This document shows, piece by piece, positions 42,296 through 52,573 of a stretch of DNA of 64,000 nucleotides; position 1 is the stretch's first letter, and every line of letters starts with the position of its first letter. The notes under the pieces are model-generated. The model was not told the origin of the DNA. It made no database searches and saw only the letters and a program-made list of their open reading frames with translations. The position numbers and the translations under genes are program-made. The DNA comes from a virus: IMG/VR virus record IMGVR_UViG_3300021475_000010, positions 6,173 to 70,172 of that record; one strand, 5' to 3'.

Positions 42296-43203
42296 TATGC
42301 CCTATTCCACCTGTTCACCCATTGGACGCCGACCGACGTGTTAGCCGACGAACCCGCCATCGCGATGTTTACCTGATTCGGTCCGGCCATCAATGACCAG
42401 AGGTTACTCAGCGTGCCTCCTAGTACGAGCTGATCCCAGACGTTAGTCGAGGTCGTCGTGTTCACAGCCATCTGCTGTCCCGGCTTCGTGACAACCTGTA
42501 CTACTTGCCCGGACGGGATAGCGGCGTTCAGCGACCATTGCCGTCCAGTACTCAAGTTCTGGAGCGTCGGCGTACCCGGCCCAGTGATAGTCCACACCGG
42601 CCAGGCCTGAGCGCCGCCTGTGTTCACAATGGTCGATGACCCAATGATAGAGGCTCCGGCGAGCGGTACGGGCAAGAGAGGCAGGATGCCAGTCGAGGTG
42701 TTGATCTTGAATATGAGCGACTGAGCGATCAAGTCCTGCCAGTACGGGTCAGGCGTCTGCATCGTGAACGAGAACACGCTGTAATCATTGATCGCTACAT
42801 CAGGACTGTTCGGACCACCTGTCGTATACACGGCAATCTGCCTGCTCGTACCGTCGGGCCGCTGAACCTGTATGTAGCCAGGCTTCGGGGCCTCGTTGCG
42901 ACGATGGAAGAATGCGCGCGATACCCGGTCAAGCAAGCCGTAGTAGTCGTTCTCATCCTGACTTGCGGGCATACCGACTAGCATGCCAATGTTTATCGTT
43001 CCCGGCTGAGGCAGATAGAAGCTAGCATATGCCGTGCCGTCGAGCAACGGTATTGTCTGGAGCGCTATGCTCAAGCCCTCGATACCTGTGATGCCAGTGC
43101 AGACGTAACCGTCCGCCATCGTCAGATCACTGAGGTTCCAGTCATTGCCGTCAGGATCAATGTAGTCGATCTGGAGCGGCGACGGTGGTGCTGGCATCAC
43201 CAT
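42295..43203 (-). CDS. distal tail protein (Dit)
   Basis: PDPYW, N.G...AWPVWTITGP, LWSL..G.N; follows the tape measure gene. Confidence 0.88.
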   Translation of the reverse strand: MVMPAPPSPLQIDYIDPDGNDWNLSDLTMADGYVCTGITGIEGLSIALQTIPLLDGTAYASFYLPQPGTINIGMLVGMPASQDENDYYGLLDRVSRAFFHRRNEAPKPGYIQVQRPDGTSRQIAVYTTGGPNSPDVAINDYSVFSFTMQTPDPYWQDLIAQSLIFKINTSTGILPLLPVPLAGASIIGSSTIVNTGGAQAWPVWTITGPGTPTLQNLSTGRQWSLNAAIPSGQVVQVVTKPGQQMAVNTTTSTNVWDQLVLGGTLSNLWSLMAGPNQVNIAMAGSSANTSVGVQWVNRWNRA

Positions 43204-46200
43204 TATGACCTCCTGCCTGCGCGGTTAAGCGCACCCTGTTGCAACGACATGGCCTTGAACGCCGTGACCACATGCGCCTCGATCGCAGCGCCGGTCAGCC
43301 CGTCGAAGTGAGCGTGATACGAATCGCCATCGCCTCCGCGAGCACCAGCTTGTCCCTCTGGCAGGACGTACTCGCGACCCTGCTCAGCGAACGTGTAGAA
43401 CGCTCCGGTATACATGCCAACGCCGCTGACCGGCTCGTTGATCCAGCCACCACCCGCGTACCCGTACGGACGCCTATTGGCAGGAACGTGCATCCACCTG
43501 ATAGCTTCCTCGCCGAGCACCTTACCCAGATGCTTGAATTGCGCATTCAAGGCGCTCTGCTGTGACTTCAACCCTGCGATGAAGTTAGCGCCAGTGTTGT
43601 ACGCGCCTCCCGAGACTACCGACGCTATCCCGCGCGAGGTGCCCAGGGTAGCCGACGCTAGCGCGGCCTCAGTACTCTTGACCTGCTTCAGGACGGAAGG
43701 CCCGGCTGCCTGTATAGCATTTACGTAGGCGAGCGCCGCATCCGGCCCAAGCGCGACGAGCTGATTGATCATTTCGGGCGCGAGCTTCATCGCGTGCATC
43801 TTGTTCAGGGCACTGATCATCTTGCGAGCGTAGACAGTACCGCTAGCCGGGTCCATCGCCGCAACCGTCTTGAGCAGGGCCTGCGACCCTCCTGCGCGGG
43901 ATAGGTCCCTGACTGCATAGCCGAAGTTGCGCATGCTGGTTAGCTGCGAGGTAAGCCCAGACAGGATAGACCGTCCGCCAGCCGCGCCTACGCCCTGAAT
44001 GCCGATCGCGCCGATACCGCCGGTCGACTGGAGATGCGCTAGCTCTTGCTGCTGGAAGGCCGTGGCATTGGCGATGTTAGTAGACAGCGTCTTCATGTGA
44101 GCCTGGAGACCCTGCATCTCCTTGATCTGGTTAATCACTAGCAGCGACCGGGACTTAGCTACACTCGGACTGAAGTAGAGCCTGAGGTCAGCCAGGAACT
44201 TAGCCTGATCACTCGCGAACACCGATGCCGTAGTCGTCGGAGTGATCTTGGCTAGCGTTGCCGCGAGGCTCGTACCTACGCTCACCATCTTGTTATAGGC
44301 CGCAATTGCCGCAGCCGACGCCCTACGGCTTGCGGTAGCCGCCGCTATCAACGCCCTGTTGTGAGCAGCCAGCGCCTCGGCCGCAGACACCGTACCGCTC
44401 GCGAAGCCCATCAGGCCACCGGTCGGCACTACAGTCTCGCCGCCCATAAAGTTGACTAGCTCTGGCCCGCGCTCTCCGACCCAGGCCCAGCCCGGTGACG
44501 CCCCTCCGGTTCCGGTTGCGTACCCATGACCGGAGCCCATGCCCATGCCTCCGCGCATCAGGGAAGGCCCGTAGGTATGGACAGCATAGTTGATAGCGGC
44601 CGCAATGTTAGCGAGCGGGTCATATATGTTACTGCTCGTACCAGGCACGTGATATGCAGCGAACGTCGAGCCGATAGTCTGGAGCAATCCGCGTGACGGG
44701 TCGCCGTGCTGTGCGTTGATGTCAGTCAGGTTGATGGCGTTCGGGTTACCGCCAGACTCTGTCTGCATCTGGTAGAGGACTTGCGGCAACAGCGAGGACG
44801 GAAGGTGGAGCATACCTAGGGCCTGCAGTACCGTAGGCGCCCAGCGCTGAACACCCGCACCGGCCGGTCCGCCATGGAACAGGTTGGAGAAGAAATGACC
44901 GATCTTCCCGCCCAGACCACCAAGGAGCTTGAGCGCGCTCGCGGGCAGCTTCTCCAGGGCGATCAGGCCCTTGCCCACTATAGCGCCCAGCGCGTTCGGT
45001 ATCGAGCCAAATATCTTGAGAACAACCTTGCCCACGTTTGGAGCGCTGGTCATGAGACCCTTGAGCAGGCCCTCGATGAGGCTCAGTCCGAGCCCAGCCA
45101 TAAGAGTCGATGGCGACGAAATCCCAAAGTGGTGCTTCACCCAGTTGACGATCGGGTCTACGACAATCGACTTGACGAAGCTGCCGATACCTCCCATGGC
45201 AGACTTCATGCCGTTCTTCAGGCCCTCAATGATGAGGTTGCCGGCATTGCTAAGCCAGTTAACTGCGTCGTGGAACCAGTTGATGACATCTTGCTTGATA
45301 CGGTGGAAAATGTCCAGCAGGTCGTGATATCCGCGTTCCGCGCGCCCGATCGTATTGTTCCAGACAGTATCCCAGATGGATGCTACGTCGTGCCTGAATA
45401 TGTCATATGCGTTCGCGATATTGTGTAGGCCGTCGGAGATGAGCTGCTGAAGGTGCCTTTGAGCATTGACTGTACGGCCAACCGTATCCGACCACATCAA
45501 ATTCCATTGTGCTGCGACCAGATGACGGCCTGAGTCGAACCAGTGGGCAATATTGTGAAGCCAATCGTTGATCAGTATCTGGAGGTGACGCTGAGCGCTT
45601 ACCGTACGGGTGACGGTATCTGACCACATCAAGTTCCATTGCTGGATAACGACGTGGTTGATAGCTGCAAACGTCTTCTCGATAATGGTCGCAAAGTCTG
45701 ACAGGTAGGCAATAGTGTTCAGAAGCAGAATGCCGAGCTGGAAGACAAAGTTCAGGAAGTCAGCGAATGCCTTGGGGTTCTTCGACACGGACGCAGCTAT
45801 CCTCTCGATAGCGTCCGCGAACGAATTGATGATGCCAGGGATGTCAGGCGTGAACGCCTTCATCACATCTGTGAACGCCTTGGTTACGGCTGTGATAGAT
45901 GACGTTACCTGCGGGTCCTTGAACGACTTGATAATGGTGTCAGAGAAGACTTCAAACGGACCGGATATGGTTGAAACCGCACCCTTGAATATCGGCGTCA
46001 AGAACTTCATCGTCTTGTCGACAGTGTCAAGGATGTTCTTCATGACCGGCGCCATAGGCGCACCGATCTCAGACAGGCTCTGCTTAGCGTCCTGGGCAAG
46101 GTTCTTGAATGACTGGCGCACAGACTCTTGTCCGGCCGTAATCTGGTCGGCCTGCGCCTTCTGGTAAGCCTGGCTAGCCTTAGACTGAGCAGCCCGCGCG

Positions 46201-47285
46201 GATGCTAGCGAAGCCTCAGCCGACGCTAGCTGAGCCGTCGAAGCCTTGCCTGTAGTTCGCAGCTTGTTTATACGGTCCTGCGCGCTCGCGACCGAAGCCT
46301 CAGCGCTGAGGATAGAAGCGGCTGACGTGCCTCCGCGCGCCGTCGTCAGTCTCTCCTGCGCAGCGGCTAGCCGGTCACCAGCGGCTGTGGCTGCAAGCGC
46401 GCTGGGTCCGCTTCCCGCCCCTAGACCGGCGAGCCTAGCCTGAGCCGCGCGGACCCTCGCGTTAGCGGCCTGAGCCGCTGCCCGAGCCTGAGCAACCTGT
46501 GCCTGGGTCGTCCCGCCGACGCCGAACGCGCCCGCGATGCCAAGTCCAGCAATAGCGCCGCCGCCTAGCGCGGGAATGACCCCGGCTAGCATCTGGCCTA
46601 GGAACGGGAGGACCGCGGCAGCTACAGCACCAGCGCCTATCAGGACTGGGGTAGGCACAGCCGAGATGGAACCTGACGTGCCGCCTGGCAGCGCCTTGAT
46701 CAGGGCATTGATTCCTCCGATGAAGCCTGCGCCACCAGCGGCCTCAGCAGCACCTCCGGTTCCGCCGCCACCGCCGCCACCTCGGCCACCACCGCCGAGA
46801 TTGACATTGACGCCGCCACCAAGGGAGTCCCTGATCTCGGCCTTGGCTCTGGCCAGAGAAGCCTTGTTCAGGTCGACATCTACCTTGGCCTTGATACCCT
46901 TGAGCGCGTCGTCAAGCCCCTGACGGAATGCCCTGCCGTAGGTATCGCCTAGGTCCTTACCGGCCAGCCGCGCGACCGGCTTTGCCTTCCTGGTAGCGTC
47001 GACTATGATCTTGCCGATGTCGAAAGTATCCGCTACGCCCTTGGTTAGCTCCTTCCCCATCTCCCGGCCCATAACCCTGGCAGCGGCCGTGGCCTTGGGC
47101 GTAGCGTCCTTCACTATCTTGGGGAAGTCGAGACCGGCGATTATGCCCTTGGTCATCTCCTTCCCCATGTCCTGACCGATGCGGTTGGCGGCAGGTATTA
47201 GCTCTGCCCGCATACGGTCATTGAAGCCACGAAGATCAGGGACGACACCAACTGAGACGCTGCCTACGAAGATGTCGTCAGCCAC
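43203..47285 (-). CDS. tape measure protein with SLT-like transglycosylase domain
   Basis: 1360 aa, Ala/Gly-rich; FGISSPS; TESGGNPNAIN...SRGLLQ...TF; WVGERGPELV. Confidence 0.95.
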   Translation of the reverse strand: MADDIFVGSVSVGVVPDLRGFNDRMRAELIPAANRIGQDMGKEMTKGIIAGLDFPKIVKDATPKATAAARVMGREMGKELTKGVADTFDIGKIIVDATRKAKPVARLAGKDLGDTYGRAFRQGLDDALKGIKAKVDVDLNKASLARAKAEIRDSLGGGVNVNLGGGGRGGGGGGGTGGAAEAAGGAGFIGGINALIKALPGGTSGSISAVPTPVLIGAGAVAAAVLPFLGQMLAGVIPALGGGAIAGLGIAGAFGVGGTTQAQVAQARAAAQAANARVRAAQARLAGLGAGSGPSALAATAAGDRLAAAQERLTTARGGTSAASILSAEASVASAQDRINKLRTTGKASTAQLASAEASLASARAAQSKASQAYQKAQADQITAGQESVRQSFKNLAQDAKQSLSEIGAPMAPVMKNILDTVDKTMKFLTPIFKGAVSTISGPFEVFSDTIIKSFKDPQVTSSITAVTKAFTDVMKAFTPDIPGIINSFADAIERIAASVSKNPKAFADFLNFVFQLGILLLNTIAYLSDFATIIEKTFAAINHVVIQQWNLMWSDTVTRTVSAQRHLQILINDWLHNIAHWFDSGRHLVAAQWNLMWSDTVGRTVNAQRHLQQLISDGLHNIANAYDIFRHDVASIWDTVWNNTIGRAERGYHDLLDIFHRIKQDVINWFHDAVNWLSNAGNLIIEGLKNGMKSAMGGIGSFVKSIVVDPIVNWVKHHFGISSPSTLMAGLGLSLIEGLLKGLMTSAPNVGKVVLKIFGSIPNALGAIVGKGLIALEKLPASALKLLGGLGGKIGHFFSNLFHGGPAGAGVQRWAPTVLQALGMLHLPSSLLPQVLYQMQTESGGNPNAINLTDINAQHGDPSRGLLQTIGSTFAAYHVPGTSSNIYDPLANIAAAINYAVHTYGPSLMRGGMGMGSGHGYATGTGGASPGWAWVGERGPELVNFMGGETVVPTGGLMGFASGTVSAAEALAAHNRALIAAATASRRASAAAIAAYNKMVSVGTSLAATLAKITPTTTASVFASDQAKFLADLRLYFSPSVAKSRSLLVINQIKEMQGLQAHMKTLSTNIANATAFQQQELAHLQSTGGIGAIGIQGVGAAGGRSILSGLTSQLTSMRNFGYAVRDLSRAGGSQALLKTVAAMDPASGTVYARKMISALNKMHAMKLAPEMINQLVALGPDAALAYVNAIQAAGPSVLKQVKSTEAALASATLGTSRGIASVVSGGAYNTGANFIAGLKSQQSALNAQFKHLGKVLGEEAIRWMHVPANRRPYGYAGGGWINEPVSGVGMYTGAFYTFAEQGREYVLPEGQAGARGGDGDSYHAHFDGLTGAAIEAHVVTAFKAMSLQQGALNRAGRRS

Positions 47286-47772
47286 GGCCTCTCACCCCAT
47301 CCAAAAACGCTTGGGCCTCGTCTGGCTCCATTCCGCGCAGACGCGGGTCGATCTTCATAGCATCCTCAAGCGTCATGAGCTTACCGCGACGGCCGGTCAC
47401 GCCAGGACGGCGAATGGGCTCTGGCTTAGTTACAGTCTGCTCAGAGTGGACCTGCACGTAGGCCCAATTGCCCATTCGTATCTCATCCAGGATGGACGCA
47501 AGCATTGAATCAGTGGCACTCCACCTACCCCGTGCGGGGTCGGACTGAGCGCTACCTCTGGCCAGCTCGCTTTCTGACGCGTCGTTCCGTATCGCGGTAT
47601 TCAAGGCGCTCTCCGGCGGAAGGTGTCGAAGCAGGACCACCAGGCGACGCCACGTAAGCTTGGTATCAGGCAGGAACAAGTCCCTGAAATCCAGGCCGTA
47701 GTATCGCTGTAGGTCTACCTCTATTTCCTCCGCATACGTGCTCGTGAGCCAGAGCGCCTCTGAGATTTTCCC
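47278..47772 (-). CDS. tail assembly chaperone, frameshifted extension (GT)
   Basis: IEVDLQRYYGLD..DL.....LTWRRL..LL.HLP.ESA; reached by a -1 shift. Confidence 0.85.
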   Translation of the reverse strand, partial: GKISEALWLTSTYAEEIEVDLQRYYGLDFRDLFLPDTKLTWRRLVVLLRHLPPESALNTAIRNDASESELARGSAQSDPARGRWSATDSMLASILDEIRMGNWAYVQVHSEQTVTKPEPIRRPGVTGRRGKLMTLEDAMKIDPRLRGMEPDEAQAFLDGVRGRG

Positions 47773-48110
47773 ACCGTCAGTCGGGCTTTCTCCCCGCACT
47801 TCTGGAAGACGGCCTCGATCTGGTAGTTCTCCAGGTCAAGCTCCCACCACAGCTTGAGTTCGTCGGGGTCATCAATAACCCCTTGAGCCCAAACGTCCCA
47901 GTCGCCCTGGCCGGCCCCTCGCATAGCTGAGGCAGGCCAGGCCCCTGGATGGAGAATGTGGATAACGTGTCCACCTACCCTGACGGTGATTGGATTCCCG
48001 ACGCGCTCCTGGCGTAGCTGATCTCCTTCAAGATCGAGGTCGAGATCAACACTCTCGTTGTCCTCGGGCGTGTCTTGAAGTTCCGGGTCTTCTTGCATCT
48101 CGGCTACCAT
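47721..48110 (-). CDS. tail assembly chaperone (G)
   Basis: Between the major tail and tape measure genes; contains the slippery site. Confidence 0.85.
   Translation of the reverse strand: MVAEMQEDPELQDTPEDNESVDLDLDLEGDQLRQERVGNPITVRVGGHVIHILHPGAWPASAMRGAGQGDWDVWAQGVIDDPDELKLWWELDLENYQIEAVFQKCGEKARLTVGKSQRRSGSRARMRRK
47766..47772 (-). other. programmed -1 frameshift site G GGA AAA
   Basis: GTG GGA AAA TCT in frame G becomes GGG AAA ATC TCA in frame GT. Confidence 0.88.
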
Positions 48111-48128
48111 GGCGGGCTCTCCTGCCTA

Positions 48129-48851
48129 TCAGGTGAAGTAGGAGGTCATGGACTTGCCGTAGTTCACGGCCCGCTGAGCCACGCCGGTCGCGGCACCGAT
48201 GGTGCCGGGGTAGAACGTGAACGTCAGGTCGGTCGTTATGATGTCTCCCTGCTGCGCCTGGCGGTTCCCGCGAGCGGTTACCTTGGCGAACGGAGCGTAT
48301 AGGCGCTCCTGCTTTGCGCCATCGATGCTGTCGAAGATCAGGCCGTAGCGATTGTCGGCCGGAGGGTCGGGGATGATGTAGACCGCGGAATGGAGCGGCA
48401 GCGCCGAAGTCGACGTGGTGCTGTCCTTGAGAGGAGACGTGGCGGTGGGGAATACTGGCACGTCGTCGTACAGGGCCAGAACGGCCGGGTTCATGCCCTC
48501 CAGGAAGGTGGCCTGGGCCGTCTTGCTTCCGCCGGTTAGGATGGAGCGGACGGGCGTCAGGACCCCGGCAGCTGGGATGTCCTTGATCGTCTCGTCGAGC
48601 TTGAAGATGTAGCCGGATACGTCGACCCAGCCTAGGCAGTGGTAGGTCGCTGCCACGATGGTGCTTGGGTCCTCGAAGCCCAGCGGCGCTCCGACGTTCG
48701 GGAGTCCCACCCAGCACACGACGTCACCGGCCGCGTAGAGCAGCGTGTTGTCCTTGTACGGTCCTGTTGCCGGGACGGGGAGCCCGAACAGGCTGGGGTT
48801 GTCTGTGAGCACTTGCGGGTTACGAGCTACGGCCTTGGTGTCGTCAGGCAT
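48129..48851 (-). CDS. major tail protein
   Basis: LGWV...G, TFLE.MN, FDSIDG, DLTFTFYP; position and codon bias. Confidence 0.88.
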   Translation of the reverse strand: MPDDTKAVARNPQVLTDNPSLFGLPVPATGPYKDNTLLYAAGDVVCWVGLPNVGAPLGFEDPSTIVAATYHCLGWVDVSGYIFKLDETIKDIPAAGVLTPVRSILTGGSKTAQATFLEGMNPAVLALYDDVPVFPTATSPLKDSTTSTSALPLHSAVYIIPDPPADNRYGLIFDSIDGAKQERLYAPFAKVTARGNRQAQQGDIITTDLTFTFYPGTIGAATGVAQRAVNYGKSMTSYFT

Positions 48852-48859
48852 TGCCTCTC

Positions 48860-49273
48860 CTATGGGTGGATTCGCACTAGGTACGATGCGTTACTGCGGA
48901 CTAGGTTCTGATTCAACTCCGGTACGAATTTGGGTCCACTAATGACGGTGACGTGCTGTATAACTCCGTTCATGACTTGGGCGCTCATCAGGCTCTGCAT
49001 GTCGGCCTGAATGTTCCGCGCGGCTTGTGATACATCGGTTGAGCTGTAACCCTTGTTTGTCTGTCCCCAGATATCAATGTCTACTACCGGATGGTCCATC
49101 CAGATGTGAGCCCCGACCGTCCCGCTCACGCGCCTGATCCGCGCCGTCAGCGAGGGAAGGTCGCCGGCAGGCATTACAGTCACGAACCGGATGTCCGGCT
49201 CCATCGGTACGAGCGCGAATAGTAGCGCCGCCTCGACGTCAGGTAGCGGGGTGACCATCCGGGTAATAGGCAT
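48860..49273 (-). CDS. tail terminator
   Basis: PDVE..L, RIRRVSG, D.P.VDIDIW; position. Confidence 0.8.
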   Translation of the reverse strand: MPITRMVTPLPDVEAALLFALVPMEPDIRFVTVMPAGDLPSLTARIRRVSGTVGAHIWMDHPVVDIDIWGQTNKGYSSTDVSQAARNIQADMQSLMSAQVMNGVIQHVTVISGPKFVPELNQNLVRSNASYLVRIHP

Positions 49274-49274
49274 G

Positions 49275-49601
49275 TTACATCCTTAGCTCTCGCGCCGCGC
49301 GTAGAAGTGTATGGTACGGCTCAAGACCTCGGTGTCCATACTCGACGAACTTGGCCTCAGGCGAGTAGTTCTCCACGATCGCCTCGACCCTGTCTCCGGT
49401 AGCTCCACCGAACCGGTGGGACCGGACGCGGAAGCTAGCCTTGTATCGTCCTGCGTGCTCGTCGCCCAGAGGACTACCGATCGGAGCCATCACGATCGCG
49501 CGCTCCATGATCTGAGTTGCCGTGCGCTCGACTACGCGCATCAGCATCTCGGAGTTCAGGAACTCACGCATGCCCGGCTCGTTTCTTGTGTAGTCGCTCA
49601 C
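49275..49601 (-). CDS. HK97 gp10-like neck protein
   Basis: API.....GRYKAS, AKFVEYG, TLLRA. Confidence 0.8.
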   Translation of the reverse strand: MSDYTRNEPGMREFLNSEMLMRVVERTATQIMERAIVMAPIGSPLGDEHAGRYKASFRVRSHRFGGATGDRVEAIVENYSPEAKFVEYGHRGLEPYHTLLRAARELRM

Positions 49602-49948
49602 GGCGATGCTCCCTTCACGATCTGTCCGCTGACGCGGATCGGGGACGTATGCCCAGAGAACGGGGACATCCATCGGTCTGGTTCGCCTATTACTTCGTAC
49701 TCAACGCCGTCGACTATCATAGCGTCGAGATAACCGACATCCGTTCCGTAGGGCACGAACACGAGGATGTTCGTTGCTACTTGATCTGTGAAGTTCACTG
49801 CCTCCCGGCTGGTAGTTTGCTGGACTGAACAGGGTCCGACCTTCACCTCGGTGAATGAGTAGGTATCGTTGTTGTATTCGTCCTGACCTGCTACTACGCG
49901 ATGCCGAAGCGTCACGTACTGACCATGCGGTAGCGCTGGAAACATCAA
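49598..49948 (-). CDS. head-to-tail stopper
   Basis: DEYNN, VDGVEYEVIGEP..W.SPF. Confidence 0.85.
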   Translation of the reverse strand: MMFPALPHGQYVTLRHRVVAGQDEYNNDTYSFTEVKVGPCSVQQTTSREAVNFTDQVATNILVFVPYGTDVGYLDAMIVDGVEYEVIGEPDRWMSPFSGHTSPIRVSGQIVKGASP

Positions 49949-50631
49949 CTACGCCTAACTGCTATTGATCCCACCTTGAATCTGTAGTCCCCTAGTATCT
50001 CGTCCATGCCGAAGTCGCGAAGTGCCGCGTAAAGCCCGGCCATTGCTCCGCCCCCTGTACCACCCCCGCTATAGCTTCTCCGCATGCTATAGCTATACGC
50101 ACCGATAGATTCACTCTGAAGGGTAGCCGACATCGTTGGAGTCGACAACTCCGATATGATCGCAGAGCACAGAAGGCCCTCGATGTCTGCCGGTACATTG
50201 CGGTAGCCGTGCTCGTATTCTATGTCGTACGAGTGGCTGTACCACGCCGCATTGTACCAGAACGTAGGTAGGTTGATGATGCCGGAATAGCGCGGCTCCG
50301 GTATGGTGACGGTGTCCACGCCGTCGAAGATGAACCAGGTTATCGGGATGCTTGGTATTGACCCGACGCCCGCCCGAGCTATGACCGTAATGACCTGGTA
50401 TATCGGTCGTCCGGGCAGGACGATGAGACCATCAGGCGCAGCCATGGTAATGGTGTCTGTTGCCTCATAGATGAACGTGTTCCGCGCTCGCCTGCGGATG
50501 ATAGCGCTACCATCCTTGAGCATAGCGTCGACACGCGCTGCCTCAACCTGGTTCAGGTTCCTACCCAGCCTGGCTATAATCGCATCTGGATCAGCCAAGC
50601 TGGGTAGCGAACCATCAGTCGGATAGATCAC
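49945..50631 (-). CDS. head-to-tail adaptor
   Basis: ARLGR.L...E..R...L.D.S..IR, YEHGY..VP, ESIGAYSYS. Confidence 0.85.
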   Translation of the reverse strand: MIYPTDGSLPSLADPDAIIARLGRNLNQVEAARVDAMLKDGSAIIRRRARNTFIYEATDTITMAAPDGLIVLPGRPIYQVITVIARAGVGSIPSIPITWFIFDGVDTVTIPEPRYSGIINLPTFWYNAAWYSHSYDIEYEHGYRNVPADIEGLLCSAIISELSTPTMSATLQSESIGAYSYSMRRSYSGGGTGGGAMAGLYAALRDFGMDEILGDYRFKVGSIAVRRS

Positions 50632-50634
50632 CGA

Positions 50635-51870
50635 CTACTCCTTGTTGTCGCGCTCCCTGGTTGCGGCCCTGCGCGCGGGACGCGTGCGCTCCTGGCGACG
50701 GTGGGCTGCGGTCTCCAGACCCTCGCGCGCCTCGGACTCGACCTGCTCCGCGTACTCGCGCTGGGCGAGCATGGCGTCCGTCTCCTGCTCGTTGTCCAGG
50801 TCCACCTCGGACGCCGCGCCCTCGACGGCATAGCTGCCGACGTACGGGTACGGCGGTGCCTGGATGACGCTGATCGCTGCGGCTGCTGGCGGGGTCGCGC
50901 CGACAGGAAGGATCGCGCCGAACGGCCAACGGTTGTTGGGCGGGGGAGTACCGGTCATTGGCTTGGTCGGCTCCATGATCGTGACCGGGTTGACCGTCGC
51001 GTACGCGAGACGCATCGTCATACGCATGGCGACCGTGTCCTGCTGCATCAGGTTCAGGATGACCTGGCCGGAGTCGTTGGAGATGACGCCCTCGGTGAAC
51101 ATCTTGAAGCTGATGTCGCGCCGGATACCGATCATGGCCTTGGTGAAGTCCCCGGCGAGCATAACCGCGCCGCCGAGCCCCATCTGCCACGAGCCGTTGT
51201 TGATCTCGTTCATGCCGTAGCCGTACAGGACTCCGCCCGGCCGACCGGTCATGTCCGGCTGATAGATCGGGACGCCCTGCGCGGAACGCAGACCGGCGAG
51301 GTTCCAGCTCGTACCCGGCATGGCCGCGAAGCCGTTGACGGTGTAGCCGGTCGTCGCCATCATCGCGCCGAGCTTGGTCACGTCCTGGCCGAGGTCGACG
51401 CCAGTACCCTGGACGACGAAGTGCTGGGACTTGGCCGCACCGGGGAAGACAGCCTCGCCCCAGGTGGACGGCTTGTTGATGCCCCAGAGGACGGCGAGGT
51501 CGATCAGCTGTCCGACAGCCTCTGTGATACGCGGCTGGACCTGGCCCCAGAGCGGGACATCCGCGTCGTCCAGATATGCCTCAGGGATGGGAACGATGCA
51601 GGCGATCTCTTCGACCACCAGCACAACGTTCTTCCACTGCTGCATGGTCGTCTGCTTCATGCCGGTGTCGCCGCCAACCCAGTAGGCGACGGGCAGAACG
51701 TCCAGGACCGGCATGCGCTGGGTCTTGGAGGATAGGGGCGTACTCGCCATCAAGCTCAGCGCCGCGCTAGCCTTGGGGGCTTCCTGAATGATAGCTGTCG
51801 CCAGCGGCTCAGGAACAAGCGGGTCCGAGCCCGTCGTAGTACGCCCGACATGGGTGTTGTACGTGGGCAT
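50635..51870 (-). CDS. major capsid protein (HK97 fold) with C-terminal extension
   Basis: LVPEP, PVL..LP.AYWV, EEIACIVPI, GDF, NLMQQD.VA.R. Confidence 0.95.
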   Translation of the reverse strand: MPTYNTHVGRTTTGSDPLVPEPLATAIIQEAPKASAALSLMASTPLSSKTQRMPVLDVLPVAYWVGGDTGMKQTTMQQWKNVVLVVEEIACIVPIPEAYLDDADVPLWGQVQPRITEAVGQLIDLAVLWGINKPSTWGEAVFPGAAKSQHFVVQGTGVDLGQDVTKLGAMMATTGYTVNGFAAMPGTSWNLAGLRSAQGVPIYQPDMTGRPGGVLYGYGMNEINNGSWQMGLGGAVMLAGDFTKAMIGIRRDISFKMFTEGVISNDSGQVILNLMQQDTVAMRMTMRLAYATVNPVTIMEPTKPMTGTPPPNNRWPFGAILPVGATPPAAAAISVIQAPPYPYVGSYAVEGAASEVDLDNEQETDAMLAQREYAEQVESEAREGLETAAHRRQERTRPARRAATRERDNKE

Positions 51871-51916
51871 GGGTGCTCTTTCCGCGCGGACGCGGCGTTA
51901 CTGCTTGGCGCTCGCG

Positions 51917-52558
51917 CTAACTGTCGTCTCCGTGGACGAGCTGCCGGAACAACTGTTCAGGACCCGTAAGGCTGACGCCAGTGGCGGGTGATGACCCGGT
52001 CCGCATCGTACCGACTGGAGCCTGACCACGGACAGTAGGGCGTCCGTTGTTGGTGCCAGTAGGCTGCTTAGACCGCGCCTCAATGCGACTGGTGATTTCT
52101 TCCTCAATGAGCCTTGACAGCGTTGCTGCCCGATCGCCAATCTCCTCAGCGGTTCCATCACCGAGGTACTCGATCAGGTCGGGTGACAGGTCATTCGCGG
52201 CGGCAGCGAGCATCCGGTTCTGCTGAGTCGCCAAGGCGTCTCGCTCTTGTTCAGCAGCTATCCGGGCCTCTTGTGCCCTCTCCAGCTCGGACTTGTTGGC
52301 ATCCTGCTGCTCGCGCCAGTTCTTGGCAGCGGCAGAGTTATCCCGTGCGGTCTTTTCGTGCCGCTGGGCCAACTTCTTCCAGCGTGCTAGCTCCTTGTTC
52401 AGCTCATCAGGGTCCTGCTGCTGCATGACCTCGTGAAGCTGCTCTTCGGCCGCCTGGTCTTCAGGATGGCCTTCTTGCGTGGAGTCAGCACCGCCGGTGG
52501 GGTCGACCACTCCGGTGTCGCCAGCTAGTCCTTCAACTGCAGATTCGCTCATTCCCAT
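51917..52558 (-). CDS. capsid scaffolding protein
   Basis: WKKLAQRHE..A, ANKSELE, L.G.T.EEI; upstream of the capsid gene. Confidence 0.88.
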   Translation of the reverse strand: MGMSESAVEGLAGDTGVVDPTGGADSTQEGHPEDQAAEEQLHEVMQQQDPDELNKELARWKKLAQRHEKTARDNSAAAKNWREQQDANKSELERAQEARIAAEQERDALATQQNRMLAAAANDLSPDLIEYLGDGTAEEIGDRAATLSRLIEEEITSRIEARSKQPTGTNNGRPTVRGQAPVGTMRTGSSPATGVSLTGPEQLFRQLVHGDDS

Positions 52559-52573
52559 TCCTTGCTCGCGTAG

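Noticed and set aside
45340-45645. About 40-aa Trp-containing repeats and the SLT domain in the tape measure protein
   Set aside because: Ordinary for siphovirus tape measure proteins.
47766-47772. Programmed frameshift as a novel finding
   Set aside because: Well-known G/GT tail chaperone frameshift; listed as a feature only.
50701-51735. Long antisense ORFs (for example 344 aa opposite the capsid, 258 aa opposite thyX)
   Set aside because: Expected shadows of GC3-biased coding strands.
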